From positions 1,245,980-1,309,979 of the forward strand of contig CAWELF010000001.1 of NCBI GenBank assembly GCA_963809855.1: 64,000 nucleotides of DNA, read 5' to 3'. The stretch's first letter is position 1. Each line of letters opens with the position of its first letter. The notes beneath the pieces are model-generated. The model made no database searches, was not told where the DNA came from, and saw only the letters and a list, made by a program, of their open reading frames with translations. Positions 27,489 through 37,178 of the stretch are shown here, one piece after another. This stretch comes from an uncultured Bacteroidales bacterium. Lineage in GTDB: Bacteria; Bacteroidota; Bacteroidia; Bacteroidales; VadinHA17. The position numbers were made by a program, and so were the translations under genes.

Positions 27489-28484
27489 CTAGGGAACTTC
27501 AACAACATTTAATATCTCTGCGATTATGTGATCCTGATTTATATTTTCAGCTTCCGCCTCATATGTGAGTCCTATTCTGTGTCTCATTACATCTGAACAG
27601 ACTGTTCTTACATCTTCAGGAATAACATATCCCCTTCTCTTAATGAATGCAAAAGCTTTTGCTGCCAGTGACAAATTTATCGATGCCCTTGGCGAAGCGC
27701 CATAGGAGATCATATTTGTAAATTGAGGAAGGCCATATTTTTCAGGGTTACGACTCGCAAAGACTATCTTCAGAATATAATTTTCAATCTTCTCGTCCAT
27801 ATATACCTCACGCACTACATTTCGGGCCCTGGTAATATCTTCAGTTTTGATAACTGAACTGGTTTTAGGAAAGTCTTTTGCAAGATTCTCTCTTACAATA
27901 AGTTTCTCCTCATCCATTGTTGGATAATCGATAAGAACTTTCATCATGAACCGGTCTATCTGAGCTTCAGGAAGCGGATAAGTGCCTTCCTGTTCGATAG
28001 GGTTCTGGGTAGCAAGCACCAAAAATGGTTCGTCGAGTTTAAATGTGTTTTCACCGATAGTTACCTGTCGTTCCTGCATGGCTTCGAGTAAGGCACTCTG
28101 AACCTTTGCCGGCGATCTGTTAATCTCATCAGCAAGAATAAAGTTTGCGAAAATCGGACCTTTTTTCACAATGAATTCTTCTTTCTTCTGACTATAAATC
28201 ATTGTTCCGATAAGGTCAGCCGGTAGCAGATCAGGAGTAAACTGGATCCTGCTGAACTTTGCATCGATAATAGATGCAAGCGATTTAATTGCTAGAGTTT
28301 TAGCAAGTCCGGGAACCCCTTCCAGAAGAATATGTCCATTTGCAAGAAGGCCAATCATAAGACTATCAACCAGATGCTTCTGGCCGATTATTACCTTATT
28401 CATCTCCATCCTGATAATGTCAACGAAAGCGCTTTCTTTTTCGATTTTTTCATTCAGAATTCTGATATCAGCAGTTTGCTCCAT
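27489..28484 (-). CDS. moxR: MoxR family AAA+ ATPase
   Basis: LLEGVPGLAKT, RIQFTPDLLPAD, LADEINRSPAKVQSALLEAMQE, NPIEQEGTYPLPEAQ. Confidence 0.96.
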   Translation of the reverse strand: MEQTADIRILNEKIEKESAFVDIIRMEMNKVIIGQKHLVDSLMIGLLANGHILLEGVPGLAKTLAIKSLASIIDAKFSRIQFTPDLLPADLIGTMIYSQKKEEFIVKKGPIFANFILADEINRSPAKVQSALLEAMQERQVTIGENTFKLDEPFLVLATQNPIEQEGTYPLPEAQIDRFMMKVLIDYPTMDEEKLIVRENLAKDFPKTSSVIKTEDITRARNVVREVYMDEKIENYILKIVFASRNPEKYGLPQFTNMISYGASPRASINLSLAAKAFAFIKRRGYVIPEDVRTVCSDVMRHRIGLTYEAEAENINQDHIIAEILNVVEVP

Positions 28485-28503
28485 AGCTTAAAAATTTAAG
28501 TCG

Positions 28504-28511
28504 CAAAGATA
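28504..28511 (-). promoter_or_regulatory. -7 box for moxR-bat operon
   Basis: TATCTTTG on minus strand 20 nt upstream of ATG. Confidence 0.6.
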
Positions 28512-28603
28512 ATTAATAGTGAAAGAATATTCATTAGCGAATACCCTGTAAAAATTTACATACAAAAGAAGCAGTAGAAATTCTAAAGTGGTGTTAAGGA
28601 GAG

Positions 28604-29788
28604 TTAAAGTTTTGTTAAAGGTACAAATGGGTTCCATGGAAACTGACTCCGGAACAAACTCCGGATAATAATCACAACTACTAAAGGCAGTATGGCAATA
28701 TTAAATTCCTGTGGTAAAAAATAGTGCAGTACCAGAAAAGCTGAAGAAATATAAAACACTATTCTGAACCATATAACTCCGGTTTTTTTCAGTAGAAGCG
28801 ATCCCAGACAAAAAAGCAGAAATGGATTCAGCCATATAATATTAAGGTTCCATTTCATCTGCTGATGATCTGTAAAAAAACCGAAGAAGATCATTAGAGT
28901 AGCCAATATGGAGAAAACTGAGAATATTAGTATATCCATCAGATTAATAACAGATTGCTTCTTAATAATACCCGGAAGTATTATTATCAGAATCATCAAA
29001 ACAGTAAATATTGAAACAGGGGATATTAAAAACCCTGGACGCAATACCGGTGATTCAAAATTCAGAATTATTACCGGATTTTGAAGCAGAGGAATCATTT
29101 TGCCATTCCGGTTTACAACTGCTTCCGAAAGTTCTTTCTGCATTTCAAGAGGTAAAAACATCCTGTCTCTGAATGAAGCCTTTTTATCGCTTGTCGATCC
29201 CATTATCAGATCAATTCCGAATTGCAGCCATGGAAATGGAGCCTGATACTTTGCTACCATTTTTCTGAATGTTGGAAGTTCGCCGGTTTCAGCCGGAGGA
29301 TACAACAATTTATTCCCAACGGATTTTTCAAAAATATCTCTTATCCTCGTTGAACAATCATCATAGAAAAAGTCGTACCTGTATTTTGCATTCTCCGGTT
29401 TTAAATTTTCATTTATCAGCGATACCAGCTTTTCTGTCTCAGCAACTGTAAGGTTCATTTTTTGAGAGTGAACATACCTTTTCTCATACAGATATTCACC
29501 GACAAAACTCTGAAGTGATTGTTCTATAACCATATAATCCAACCTCCCTTTTGCAAATTTCCACGTAAAATTTGGAGTGTCGAAATCAAAAACGCCCCAG
29601 TTGTATACCTTATCAATGTTATTGCCGGGAATTACTACCCTCACAGCACTATGCCCATAGATTGAATAAGTATCAGTGCCAACTCCACATGTTAAGAGAT
29701 ATACTGAGGTGTCTGAAACCTGCTGTGAATAAAGAATCGGAAAGCAAGTAACAAGAAGAAAGGAGATAACTAATAATATCTTTTTCAT
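28604..29788 (-). CDS. DUF4105 domain membrane protein (Lnb-like lipoprotein N-acyltransferase)
   Basis: YGHSAVRV, YNWGVFDF, YRYDFFYDDCSTRIRD, FLP motifs, C-terminal TM helices. Confidence 0.8.
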   Translation of the reverse strand: MKKILLVISFLLVTCFPILYSQQVSDTSVYLLTCGVGTDTYSIYGHSAVRVVIPGNNIDKVYNWGVFDFDTPNFTWKFAKGRLDYMVIEQSLQSFVGEYLYEKRYVHSQKMNLTVAETEKLVSLINENLKPENAKYRYDFFYDDCSTRIRDIFEKSVGNKLLYPPAETGELPTFRKMVAKYQAPFPWLQFGIDLIMGSTSDKKASFRDRMFLPLEMQKELSEAVVNRNGKMIPLLQNPVIILNFESPVLRPGFLISPVSIFTVLMILIIILPGIIKKQSVINLMDILIFSVFSILATLMIFFGFFTDHQQMKWNLNIIWLNPFLLFCLGSLLLKKTGVIWFRIVFYISSAFLVLHYFLPQEFNIAILPLVVVIIIRSLFRSQFPWNPFVPLTKL

Positions 29789-29852
29789 TGAAATTCTCTT
29801 TCTGTAAACGTAAGAGAATTTCAGGAGAATAAAAAACCCGAAAAGGATCTAC

Positions 29853-30062
29853 TGTCATAACACGAGAGGGAGATCCCTCTCCCGCTGAAGCGGGATCGTG
29901 ATGATAATTCATATAAAGGAAATGAGTGGGGAAGAAGTGGCGATTCACTGAAAAATATCGCGAAAGGACAAAAAATGTAACGAATCGCCACTTCTTCCCC
30001 ACTCTATGACACCCCAAAACAATGTCATCCTGAGTCCGCTGATAGGCGGACGAAGGATCCCC
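29853..30062. repeat. Composite REP/REPIN-like palindrome cluster
   Basis: Perfect 23-bp IR 29924-29946/29982-30004, flanked by two GC-rich hairpin modules. Confidence 0.75.
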
Positions 30063-30194
30063 AAATCGCTTGTTACAAGACTATTTTTGAGACCAACTAC
30101 TCAATTTATATTTTAACTACATTGCAGAGGATATTGGTCTGCGTAAAGTCAGTTTATTCAAATTAGTATATTAAATTAAAATATCATACAGAAA

Positions 30195-31292
30195 ATGAAA
30201 AAGATAGGGTTTTTTTACATTGTTGTTCTTATGCTGTGTACTTTAGATGTTGCAGCCCAGAGATCACCCCGCACTATTGTAACTATCAAAGATGATCAGT
30301 TCTATATTAATGGGAAACCCACTTATGAGAAGAGGTACTGGAAGGGCTATAAAATCGAGGGATTACTGTTAAATTCAAGAATGGTGCAGGGAGTTTTTGA
30401 TGATGAAAATCCGGAGACTGTAAAAAACTGGATATACCCCGATACTAAGAAATGGGATGCAGACAGAAACACAGATGAATTCGTTCAAAACATCGAGAAA
30501 TGGCATAGCTATGGACTACTATCTTTTACACTAAACCTCCAGGGTGGCAGTCCATATGGCTACTCATCTGGTCAACCATGGATCAATAGTGCATTCAAAG
30601 AAGATGGCTCTCTAAAAGCTCCATATCTTGCCCGTCTTGAGAGAATTCTGAATAAAGCTGATGAATCAGGGATGGTACCTATCCTTGGATTATTTTATTT
30701 TGGTCAGGATGAACGCCTTAAAGATGAAAAAGCAGTCATAGCCGCGGTTAATAACATAGTTGACTGGCTCCTGGAGAAGAACTACAGAAACATTCTGATA
30801 GAAATAGATAACGAATGTAATATTAGTAATTATGATCATGAAATACTGAAGTCTCAAAGAGTTCACGAACTGATTGATTTGGTAAAGGCAAAGAGCAGGA
30901 ATGGATTCCGGTTTTATGTCGGAACAAGTTACGGTGGCGGCTTTATTCCACTCTCAAATGTTGTTAAATCATCTGATTTTATTCTAATCCACGGAAATGG
31001 TGTTTCCGATCCTGATGCTATCTCAAATATGGTAATTAAGACAAGAAAGGTTGAGGGTTACACCATAAAGCCAATACTGTTTAATGAAGACGACCATTTT
31101 AATTTCGATAACGATAAGAACAATTTTACATCGGCTATAAAGAATTATGCATCATGGGGATATTTCGATTACAGGATGAAGGATGAAACATTTAAAGATG
31201 GTTATCAGAGTGTTCCTGTTGACTGGGGAATAAATTCTGTCCGAAAAATTCAGTTTTTCAATCTGGTAAAAGAGATTACAGGTACAAAATAG
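30195..31292 (+). CDS. Secreted TIM-barrel glycoside hydrolase-like protein (clan GH-A-like)
   Basis: Signal peptide, FYINGKP, EIDNEC (putative acid/base), ILFNEDD (putative nucleophile), SWGYF. Confidence 0.55.
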   Translation: MKKIGFFYIVVLMLCTLDVAAQRSPRTIVTIKDDQFYINGKPTYEKRYWKGYKIEGLLLNSRMVQGVFDDENPETVKNWIYPDTKKWDADRNTDEFVQNIEKWHSYGLLSFTLNLQGGSPYGYSSGQPWINSAFKEDGSLKAPYLARLERILNKADESGMVPILGLFYFGQDERLKDEKAVIAAVNNIVDWLLEKNYRNILIEIDNECNISNYDHEILKSQRVHELIDLVKAKSRNGFRFYVGTSYGGGFIPLSNVVKSSDFILIHGNGVSDPDAISNMVIKTRKVEGYTIKPILFNEDDHFNFDNDKNNFTSAIKNYASWGYFDYRMKDETFKDGYQSVPVDWGINSVRKIQFFNLVKEITGTK

Positions 31293-31358
31293 CAAATCCG
31301 GATTTTGATTCTGGTAAGAAGGAGTTAAATTTGCCGGCTGATTTATTAAAAAAGAGAA

Positions 31359-32006
31359 ATGGGAAACTTTGATCTTCTACGTGTATTAAAATATCTCCCC
31401 GGAATAATTTTGGGGCTAACTGTTCATGAATTCTGTCATGCATGGGTTGCGCATTTGTGCGGTGATTCTACTTCTAAAGATCAGGGAAGGGTAACATTGA
31501 ATCCATTAAAGCATATTGATCTGTTGGGATTTATTATGCTCATCTTTGCCGGATTCGGATGGGCAAAACCGGTACAGTTTGATGAGAATAACTTAAAAAA
31601 TCCGAAATATGATGTAATTAAAATTGCTTTGGCAGGACCATTATCGAACGCTGTGATTGCCATGTTACTTTCGGTAATATTTTCTGTTATCACCTCATTC
31701 TTACCCACATATCAGAGTTCGGGTATGCAGATAATGTCTGAAGTTTTCCTTTATGCTATCTATATTAACTGGGGTCTTTTTATCTTTAATCTTATACCCC
31801 TACCTCCACTCGACGGGTCACATCTTCTATTTTACCAATTAAGGAGGTTCCCTGCTGTTTATGATGCATTATATAAGTATGGGTCTTTTCTTCTGTTTGG
31901 ACTTATTATCGCAACGATGCTCACAAAAATAAATTTTCTTCCAATCTGGCCGGCTATTCAATTTTTTGGACAAGGTTTTCTTTCATTGGTAGGCTACCAT
32001 GGATAG
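31359..32006 (+). CDS. Site-2 protease (peptidase M50)
   Basis: HEFCH zinc motif, GWAKPV, LAGPLSN, FNLIPLPPLDG; TAAATTTG box at 31326-31333. Confidence 0.93.
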   Translation: MGNFDLLRVLKYLPGIILGLTVHEFCHAWVAHLCGDSTSKDQGRVTLNPLKHIDLLGFIMLIFAGFGWAKPVQFDENNLKNPKYDVIKIALAGPLSNAVIAMLLSVIFSVITSFLPTYQSSGMQIMSEVFLYAIYINWGLFIFNLIPLPPLDGSHLLFYQLRRFPAVYDALYKYGSFLLFGLIIATMLTKINFLPIWPAIQFFGQGFLSLVGYHG

Positions 32007-32054
32007 GGATTAATAATTACGTTGGTTATATATTACTAATATCTATACAAACGC

Positions 32055-32088
32055 AAAAAAGGATTAGTTTCAAAGCTAATCCTTTTCT
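32055..32088. terminator. Bidirectional intrinsic terminator
   Basis: aaaaaaggattag-tttcaaag-ctaatccttttct between convergent M50 gene and tRNA. Confidence 0.75.
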
Positions 32089-32097
32089 TATTTCAAG

Positions 32098-32171
32098 TGA
32101 TTCCGGAGCGGCTCGAACGCTCGACCCACAGCTTAGAAGGCTGTTGCTCTATCCAACTGAGCTACGGAACC
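32098..32171 (-). tRNA. tRNA-Arg (anticodon TCT)
   Basis: Minus strand GGTTCCGTAGCTCAGTTGGATAGAGCAACAGCCTTCTAAGCTGTGGGTCGAGCGTTCGAGCCGCTCCGGAATCA folds as a cloverleaf; CCA not encoded; TATTTTTG box at 32184-32191. Confidence 0.96.
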
Positions 32172-32250
32172 ATTTACCGGCTGCAAAAATACATTTTTTT
32201 TCAGTTTCTACAACCTGAATTTGATATTGGCAGTGTCAAAAAAATAAAAA

Positions 32251-34035
32251 TCAACTTAATATGATGTTTTTCATATAGTTAACCAGACCTTTCTGATCAA
32301 TTATCTGCTTTAGCTTTTCAGGAAGAGGTTCGAAGGTATATTTTTTTGACCCGACAGATATCTCTCCATTTTCAAAATCAACATCAACCTGATCACCAGT
32401 CTTATAGCCTTCTACTGCCTCTCTGTGAACAAGAAGTAAAAGACCCTGATTGATAGAAGAACGGTAGAATATCCTGTTCACCGATTTTACAATAATAATT
32501 TTAATTCCGGCGTACGAAAGTCCAACCGAGGGGTGTTCCCGTGAACTTCCGCATCCAAAATTCTCACCGGCCATAATTATGTCTCCGTTTTTAACATTCC
32601 TGCTGAAAAATGGATCAAAATCTTCGAAAAGATGAGGCATTATTGCAACAGGATCACTACTGAGTATATTATAAGTGTACTTCCCTGCAAACATCTGATC
32701 TGTATTCAGGTTATCTATGTCTGCATAATTCCATACTACTCCATTTTTTCTGTTTTCACCGGGTTGGATACTGGGAGTAATGCTTTGGGCAATCTTAAAG
32801 GGAAGATTCTTTCGGCATGGGACTTTTCCAGGATCGGTAATAACACCTTCAAGTGCGGAAAGTGCAACTGTTGCAGGAGATGCCAGATAAATTTGCGCTT
32901 CCGTATTTCCCATTCTGCCGAGAAAGTTCCTGTTAGCTGTGGAAATAACTGTGTGACCGTTTGCTGGAATTCCCTGCCCGGTACCCAGACAAGGTCCGCA
33001 TGAAGGAGAGAGAACTTTTGCTCCTGCCTTTAGTAAGATTGATAATATACCTTCATCAATTGCCTGAAGCAAGATCTTATCAGATGCCGGAACAATATGA
33101 AGCTGAAAACCTTCTTTAATACTTTTTCCCTTCAATATTTCCGAGGCTATTCTTAAATCCTCTATTCTTCCGTTTGTGCAGGTTCCGATTAGTCCTTCAT
33201 GAACGATGGTACCTGCAGCTTCAGCAACAGTTTTTATATTGTCAACATTGTGAGGAGCTGCAACTACAGGCAGTACTTCATTCAGATCGATAAATATTTC
33301 ACTAAAATACGTCGCATCATTATCGGCCCATACTCCTTCTGTCTTTTCATTGTAAAACTTATCGAGTATTTCATCGGGGGGGAAAACTGCATTCTTTGCG
33401 CCCATTTCAGAAGCAAGGTTTGCTATTGTCATTCGATCCGAAATACCCAGTGTTCTGACTCCTTTCCCATGAAATTCTACAGACATATAATTAGCGCCAT
33501 CAGATCCCAGCATACCAATAATCCAAAGAGCCAGATCTTTAGCAGAAACGTCGCCTTTCAATTTTCCTGTTAATTCTATCTTAATTGATTCAGGAACCCT
33601 GAACCACGTTTCACCACGTTTCCAGATTCCCGCCGATTCGGTCCGGTCGATTCCTGTTGCCAGCGTGTTGAAAGCTCCTGAAGTACATGTATGGCTGTCG
33701 CTGCCAACTATCAACATTCCCGGATGTGTATGGTACGACATAATCTGATGGCATATACCTCTGCCTGAGTCATAAAATTTAATAATTCCCTGTTGCTTTA
33801 CAATATCTCTGATCTCCTGATACTGAGTTGCCATCTTTGCATCACATGGAGGAGCATTATGATCAAGAACTACAATCATTTGATCGGGGTCTGCAACACT
33901 CTTCCCTCCCATTTTCTGAAATGTCTTATAAATGCTTGCAGTGTTGTCGTGAGTAAGAATCAGATCGGGCCGGGCAAAAACAATTGCACCGGCTGGCGCT
34001 TTGAAGATCTTTTCGGCAAATGTTTTTGGGGTCAT
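32251..34035 (-). CDS. Aconitase-family hydratase, fused large+small subunit (homoaconitase/3-isopropylmalate dehydratase-like)
   Basis: LDHN, GICHQ, DSHT, GTCTNGR, SCGPC, NRNFLGRMG; swivel domain NTDQMFAGKYTY, FGCGSSREH. Confidence 0.88.
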   Translation of the reverse strand: MTPKTFAEKIFKAPAGAIVFARPDLILTHDNTASIYKTFQKMGGKSVADPDQMIVVLDHNAPPCDAKMATQYQEIRDIVKQQGIIKFYDSGRGICHQIMSYHTHPGMLIVGSDSHTCTSGAFNTLATGIDRTESAGIWKRGETWFRVPESIKIELTGKLKGDVSAKDLALWIIGMLGSDGANYMSVEFHGKGVRTLGISDRMTIANLASEMGAKNAVFPPDEILDKFYNEKTEGVWADNDATYFSEIFIDLNEVLPVVAAPHNVDNIKTVAEAAGTIVHEGLIGTCTNGRIEDLRIASEILKGKSIKEGFQLHIVPASDKILLQAIDEGILSILLKAGAKVLSPSCGPCLGTGQGIPANGHTVISTANRNFLGRMGNTEAQIYLASPATVALSALEGVITDPGKVPCRKNLPFKIAQSITPSIQPGENRKNGVVWNYADIDNLNTDQMFAGKYTYNILSSDPVAIMPHLFEDFDPFFSRNVKNGDIIMAGENFGCGSSREHPSVGLSYAGIKIIIVKSVNRIFYRSSINQGLLLLVHREAVEGYKTGDQVDVDFENGEISVGSKKYTFEPLPEKLKQIIDQKGLVNYMKNIILS

Positions 34036-34069
34036 ATTATCTTTAATTTATAAGCTTATATTTATTGAA

Positions 34070-34105
34070 GGGCACAATGGGCACAAAGGGCGCAAAGGGC
34101 TCAAA
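34070..34105. repeat. Intergenic 9-nt tandem repeat (gggcrcaaw x4)
   Basis: gggcacaat gggcacaaa gggcgcaaa gggctcaaa. Confidence 0.75.
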
Positions 34106-34118
34106 AGCAAGATTAGAA

Positions 34119-35927
34119 TTAACCAAGTAATCCGCCTCGCTGGTAAAGCTCAAACTGAACATCTGAGAAGGGTTGAGCTGTAAAGGATTTGCCTGAGTTC
34201 AGATTTGTTATTTCTCCGGTTTTAAGGTTGATTTTTATCTGATCTCCGTTTTTCATTTCATTTTCCGGAAAGGATTCTGAAGTAATTATTGGAAACGCGG
34301 CATTTATAGCATTCCTTTCATAAATTGCCCCAAATGACTGAGCAATTATGACCTGAATTCCAAGTGAAATGAAACAGTCAACAGCCTGTTGTCTTGAGCT
34401 TCCACTTCCAAAATTCTTTCCGGTTACAACAATATCTCCTGATTCTGCTTTTTTCGAAAAATCTTCAAATCCCTTTAAATTATCGAACGTGAATTGCCCC
34501 ATCTCCTTAAGATCTGTAACTGAAAGATACCGGTTATGGAATATCATATCAGTATCAATGTTGTCTTTATCTATTATCCATATTTTTCCAGTAATAATGC
34601 TTTGTCGTTTAGCAATGCTTTTCTTCTGGATATAGCTTACACTCTTTTCAGGTAACTTATCGGGTTTTAAGAATAAAGCAGGTTTTTCTGGTATCTTGCC
34701 TGGTGTTGTAATATATCCGGCTATTGCAGAAGCAGCAACCACCTCAGGAGAAGCAAGATAGACGCTTCCTTTTCCCTGTTTTCCAGGGAAATTCCGATTT
34801 CCGGAGCTAATAGTTACCTCACCCTGTCCGTTTTGTCCAACCTGTCCAGCAGCACAGCCTGCGCATCCGGCATTCGAAACAAGAGCGCCGGCGTTTTTAA
34901 AAATCTTAATTAATCCTTCCTCAAGGCATTGTTTCCAGATTGCGTCGGTAGCGGGAACAATTTTCAGAACCACTCCCTGGGCTATTACACGATTATTCAG
35001 AATTGTGGCAGCTTTCCTCATATCGCTAATTCTTCCGTTGGTGCAACTTCCGATGAAGGCAGAATCTATTTTCGTGCCTTCAACATCTGCAACATCCACA
35101 GTGTCGTGAGGTTCACCAGGTCTGGAAACCCTCGGTCCGAATTTCGTTACATCAATATTGAATGTTTTTTCATAATTGGCATCATAATCGGCTTTAATGG
35201 TTCTAAAGGGTGTTTTGGCACGCGAGGAACAATATTCGATAACAGATTCTGAGGGTTGGAAAAGAATAATTATCGCTCCCATTTCAGTAGCCATAGACGA
35301 GATTGTGATTCTGTCATCAAGTGTAAATGAATCTACTGCTTTACCATATAACTCAACAGAGTATCCAAGCAACAAGTTCGCTCCAAAAATTTCCAGCAGG
35401 TTAAGAGCAACGTCTTTTGAACTCACATCTGAAGGAATACTACCTTCAAAGTTTATTTTAACTGAATGAGGTACTTTAAACCATACTTTTCCCTTGTTCC
35501 AGGCAGCAGCAATATCCATATCACCCATACCCTGTCCGAATGCGCCAACAGCGCCCAGAACATTGGCATGTGAGTCAGTAGATACGACCGTAGTGCCCGG
35601 AAAAACAATGCCTTGATCAATTAAGATATGTGTTCCTATACCTGAATCGATATCATACACTTTTATTCCATGTTCACGGGCAAAAAGCCGGCAAATATGT
35701 TGATTAACAGCATATTTCTGATCAGAACCTGTTGGATTACAGTCGAATGTAAAGTAAGTTTTTGAGTTCTCAGCAATTGTCAATCCAAAGTCATTCAGAT
35801 TTTTTACAACACTTGCGCCACCAAAGTCTCGCGCTGCCCTGACATCAATTTCGATATCCACAATATCGCCAGGTTGCACCTTTTCGCGGGTAGAATGTGC
35901 CGATAATATTTTCTCCAGCAAAGTCAT
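34119..35927 (-). CDS. Second fused LeuC-LeuD-like aconitase-family hydratase
   Basis: DSHAN, GSCTNGR, GCAGC, NRNFPGKQG, NIDTDMIF, FGSGSSRQQA. Confidence 0.88.
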   Translation of the reverse strand: MTLLEKILSAHSTREKVQPGDIVDIEIDVRAARDFGGASVVKNLNDFGLTIAENSKTYFTFDCNPTGSDQKYAVNQHICRLFAREHGIKVYDIDSGIGTHILIDQGIVFPGTTVVSTDSHANVLGAVGAFGQGMGDMDIAAAWNKGKVWFKVPHSVKINFEGSIPSDVSSKDVALNLLEIFGANLLLGYSVELYGKAVDSFTLDDRITISSMATEMGAIIILFQPSESVIEYCSSRAKTPFRTIKADYDANYEKTFNIDVTKFGPRVSRPGEPHDTVDVADVEGTKIDSAFIGSCTNGRISDMRKAATILNNRVIAQGVVLKIVPATDAIWKQCLEEGLIKIFKNAGALVSNAGCAGCAAGQVGQNGQGEVTISSGNRNFPGKQGKGSVYLASPEVVAASAIAGYITTPGKIPEKPALFLKPDKLPEKSVSYIQKKSIAKRQSIITGKIWIIDKDNIDTDMIFHNRYLSVTDLKEMGQFTFDNLKGFEDFSKKAESGDIVVTGKNFGSGSSRQQAVDCFISLGIQVIIAQSFGAIYERNAINAAFPIITSESFPENEMKNGDQIKINLKTGEITNLNSGKSFTAQPFSDVQFELYQRGGLLG

Positions 35928-35985
35928 TGTAGTATTTGTAAATGTCAGCTTTCCTCAGAAAATATAAAACGGATAATTTTAGTTA

Positions 35986-36834
35986 TTATTTGAATTGTGC
36001 ACGATATTCGCGAGGTGCTAAACCCTCATTTTTCCGGAATTGCTTATTGAAGTTAGAGATACTTGCAAAACCACATTCACTGGCAATATCATTGACAAGG
36101 TATTCTGTTTCTCTCAGGAGGTATCCTGCTTTATTAGTTCTTACACGATTAAGGTACTCAACGAAGCAAACTCCGGAGTTCTTCTTAAAATACCTGCTGA
36201 AGGCAATTGGATTCATCCGGGCAATTTTGGAGATCTTTTCGAGCGATATGTCTTTAAAATAGTTGTCCTTAATATATGAATAAACATCAGTCATTCTTTT
36301 ATTTCCTCTTTCATCAAATGCAAGCTTATAGTTTTCTGAACAGAGATTTGCTTTTTTATCCGACATGCACATTATTTTGACAATATTAAAGAAACCGATC
36401 ATCTTATCAATCCCTTTATTATTAATCATGTGCAGGAAAAACTCTTCAGCTTTTTTAGCATCCTCAACCGAAAAGGCAATTCCTCTCTCGGCGTTTTTAA
36501 GCAGCTCCTTTAAACAATGCATTTCATGTTGGGCAAGAAGTCCTTCCCCAAGTGATGTAAGTTTAAAATGAAGCGCAACACCTGCTTTTTCAGAAGGAGC
36601 ATTATCGGGCCTGTAGTAATTCCAACAGTGAGGTATATTGGCTCCTATTAATACCATATCGTACTGGTCGAATAGCTCAACACTGTCGCCAATGATACGA
36701 GTACCATTACTTTTAATATTCAGAACTACCTCGTATTCAGGATGGAAGTGCCATATACCTCCCGAATCATTGATATAAGCAGCTCTGAATCCGCCAGAAT
36801 CATCGTATAAAATATCTTCATGTTCAGCTATCAT
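35986..36834 (-). CDS. AraC family transcriptional regulator (cupin + HTH)
   Basis: WHFHPEYE, G.NIPHCW, FSRYFKK, IASECGFASISNFNKQF; ATG 36834 preferred because a TAAATTTG box lies at 36869-36876. Confidence 0.92.
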   Translation of the reverse strand: MIAEHEDILYDDSGGFRAAYINDSGGIWHFHPEYEVVLNIKSNGTRIIGDSVELFDQYDMVLIGANIPHCWNYYRPDNAPSEKAGVALHFKLTSLGEGLLAQHEMHCLKELLKNAERGIAFSVEDAKKAEEFFLHMINNKGIDKMIGFFNIVKIMCMSDKKANLCSENYKLAFDERGNKRMTDVYSYIKDNYFKDISLEKISKIARMNPIAFSRYFKKNSGVCFVEYLNRVRTNKAGYLLRETEYLVNDIASECGFASISNFNKQFRKNEGLAPREYRAQFK

Positions 36835-36928
36835 AACAGATGCGCAACTATTTAAAAACCTGTACAATCAAATTTAAGTCTATTTTGGCAATTTATTAAA
36901 AGACCCTGCTACATATTTTAAAGAATAA

Positions 36929-36960
36929 TTTGATAATTCACTATTTAATGTGTAAATTTG
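36929..36960 (+). promoter_or_regulatory. Full Bacteroidota promoter (-33 TTTG, -7 TAAATTTG, 20-nt spacer) with no recognisable gene behind it
   Basis: TTTG 36929-36932; TAAATTTG 36953-36960. Confidence 0.6.
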
Positions 36961-36965
36961 CTTCC

Positions 36966-37178
36966 ATGCTCATAAGTATAATTAGAGGAGATGAGCAAGG
37001 GTAGGAAGTGAAAATCAACAGGATTGTATTGCAGACATTGACTTTCACATCAGGAACCTTAGGAATAGCGCCAGCTTACCATGGTTCCATCCTTTTATCA
37101 GACAGTAGACACGGGGATTATCTCAGAAATAAAACCCGTTATATCGATTTTCATAACTGCCCTTTCTCCTCTTTTTTT
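36966..37178 (+). ncRNA. Candidate structured small RNA
   Basis: Own promoter; three consecutive 5'-3' end helices (about 25 bp); ends in a T-run. Confidence 0.35.

Noticed and set aside
29673-30017. 114-aa minus-strand ORF
   Set aside because: Reads through the palindrome cluster and overlaps the DUF4105 start out of frame
32007-32250. Integrative element at tRNA-Arg
   Set aside because: No integrase and no duplicated tRNA 3' end seen in the window
36966-37178. Firm 6S RNA call
   Set aside because: Size and end-pairing fit, but I cannot verify the central bubble or the usual gene context by eye; kept only as a candidate ncRNA
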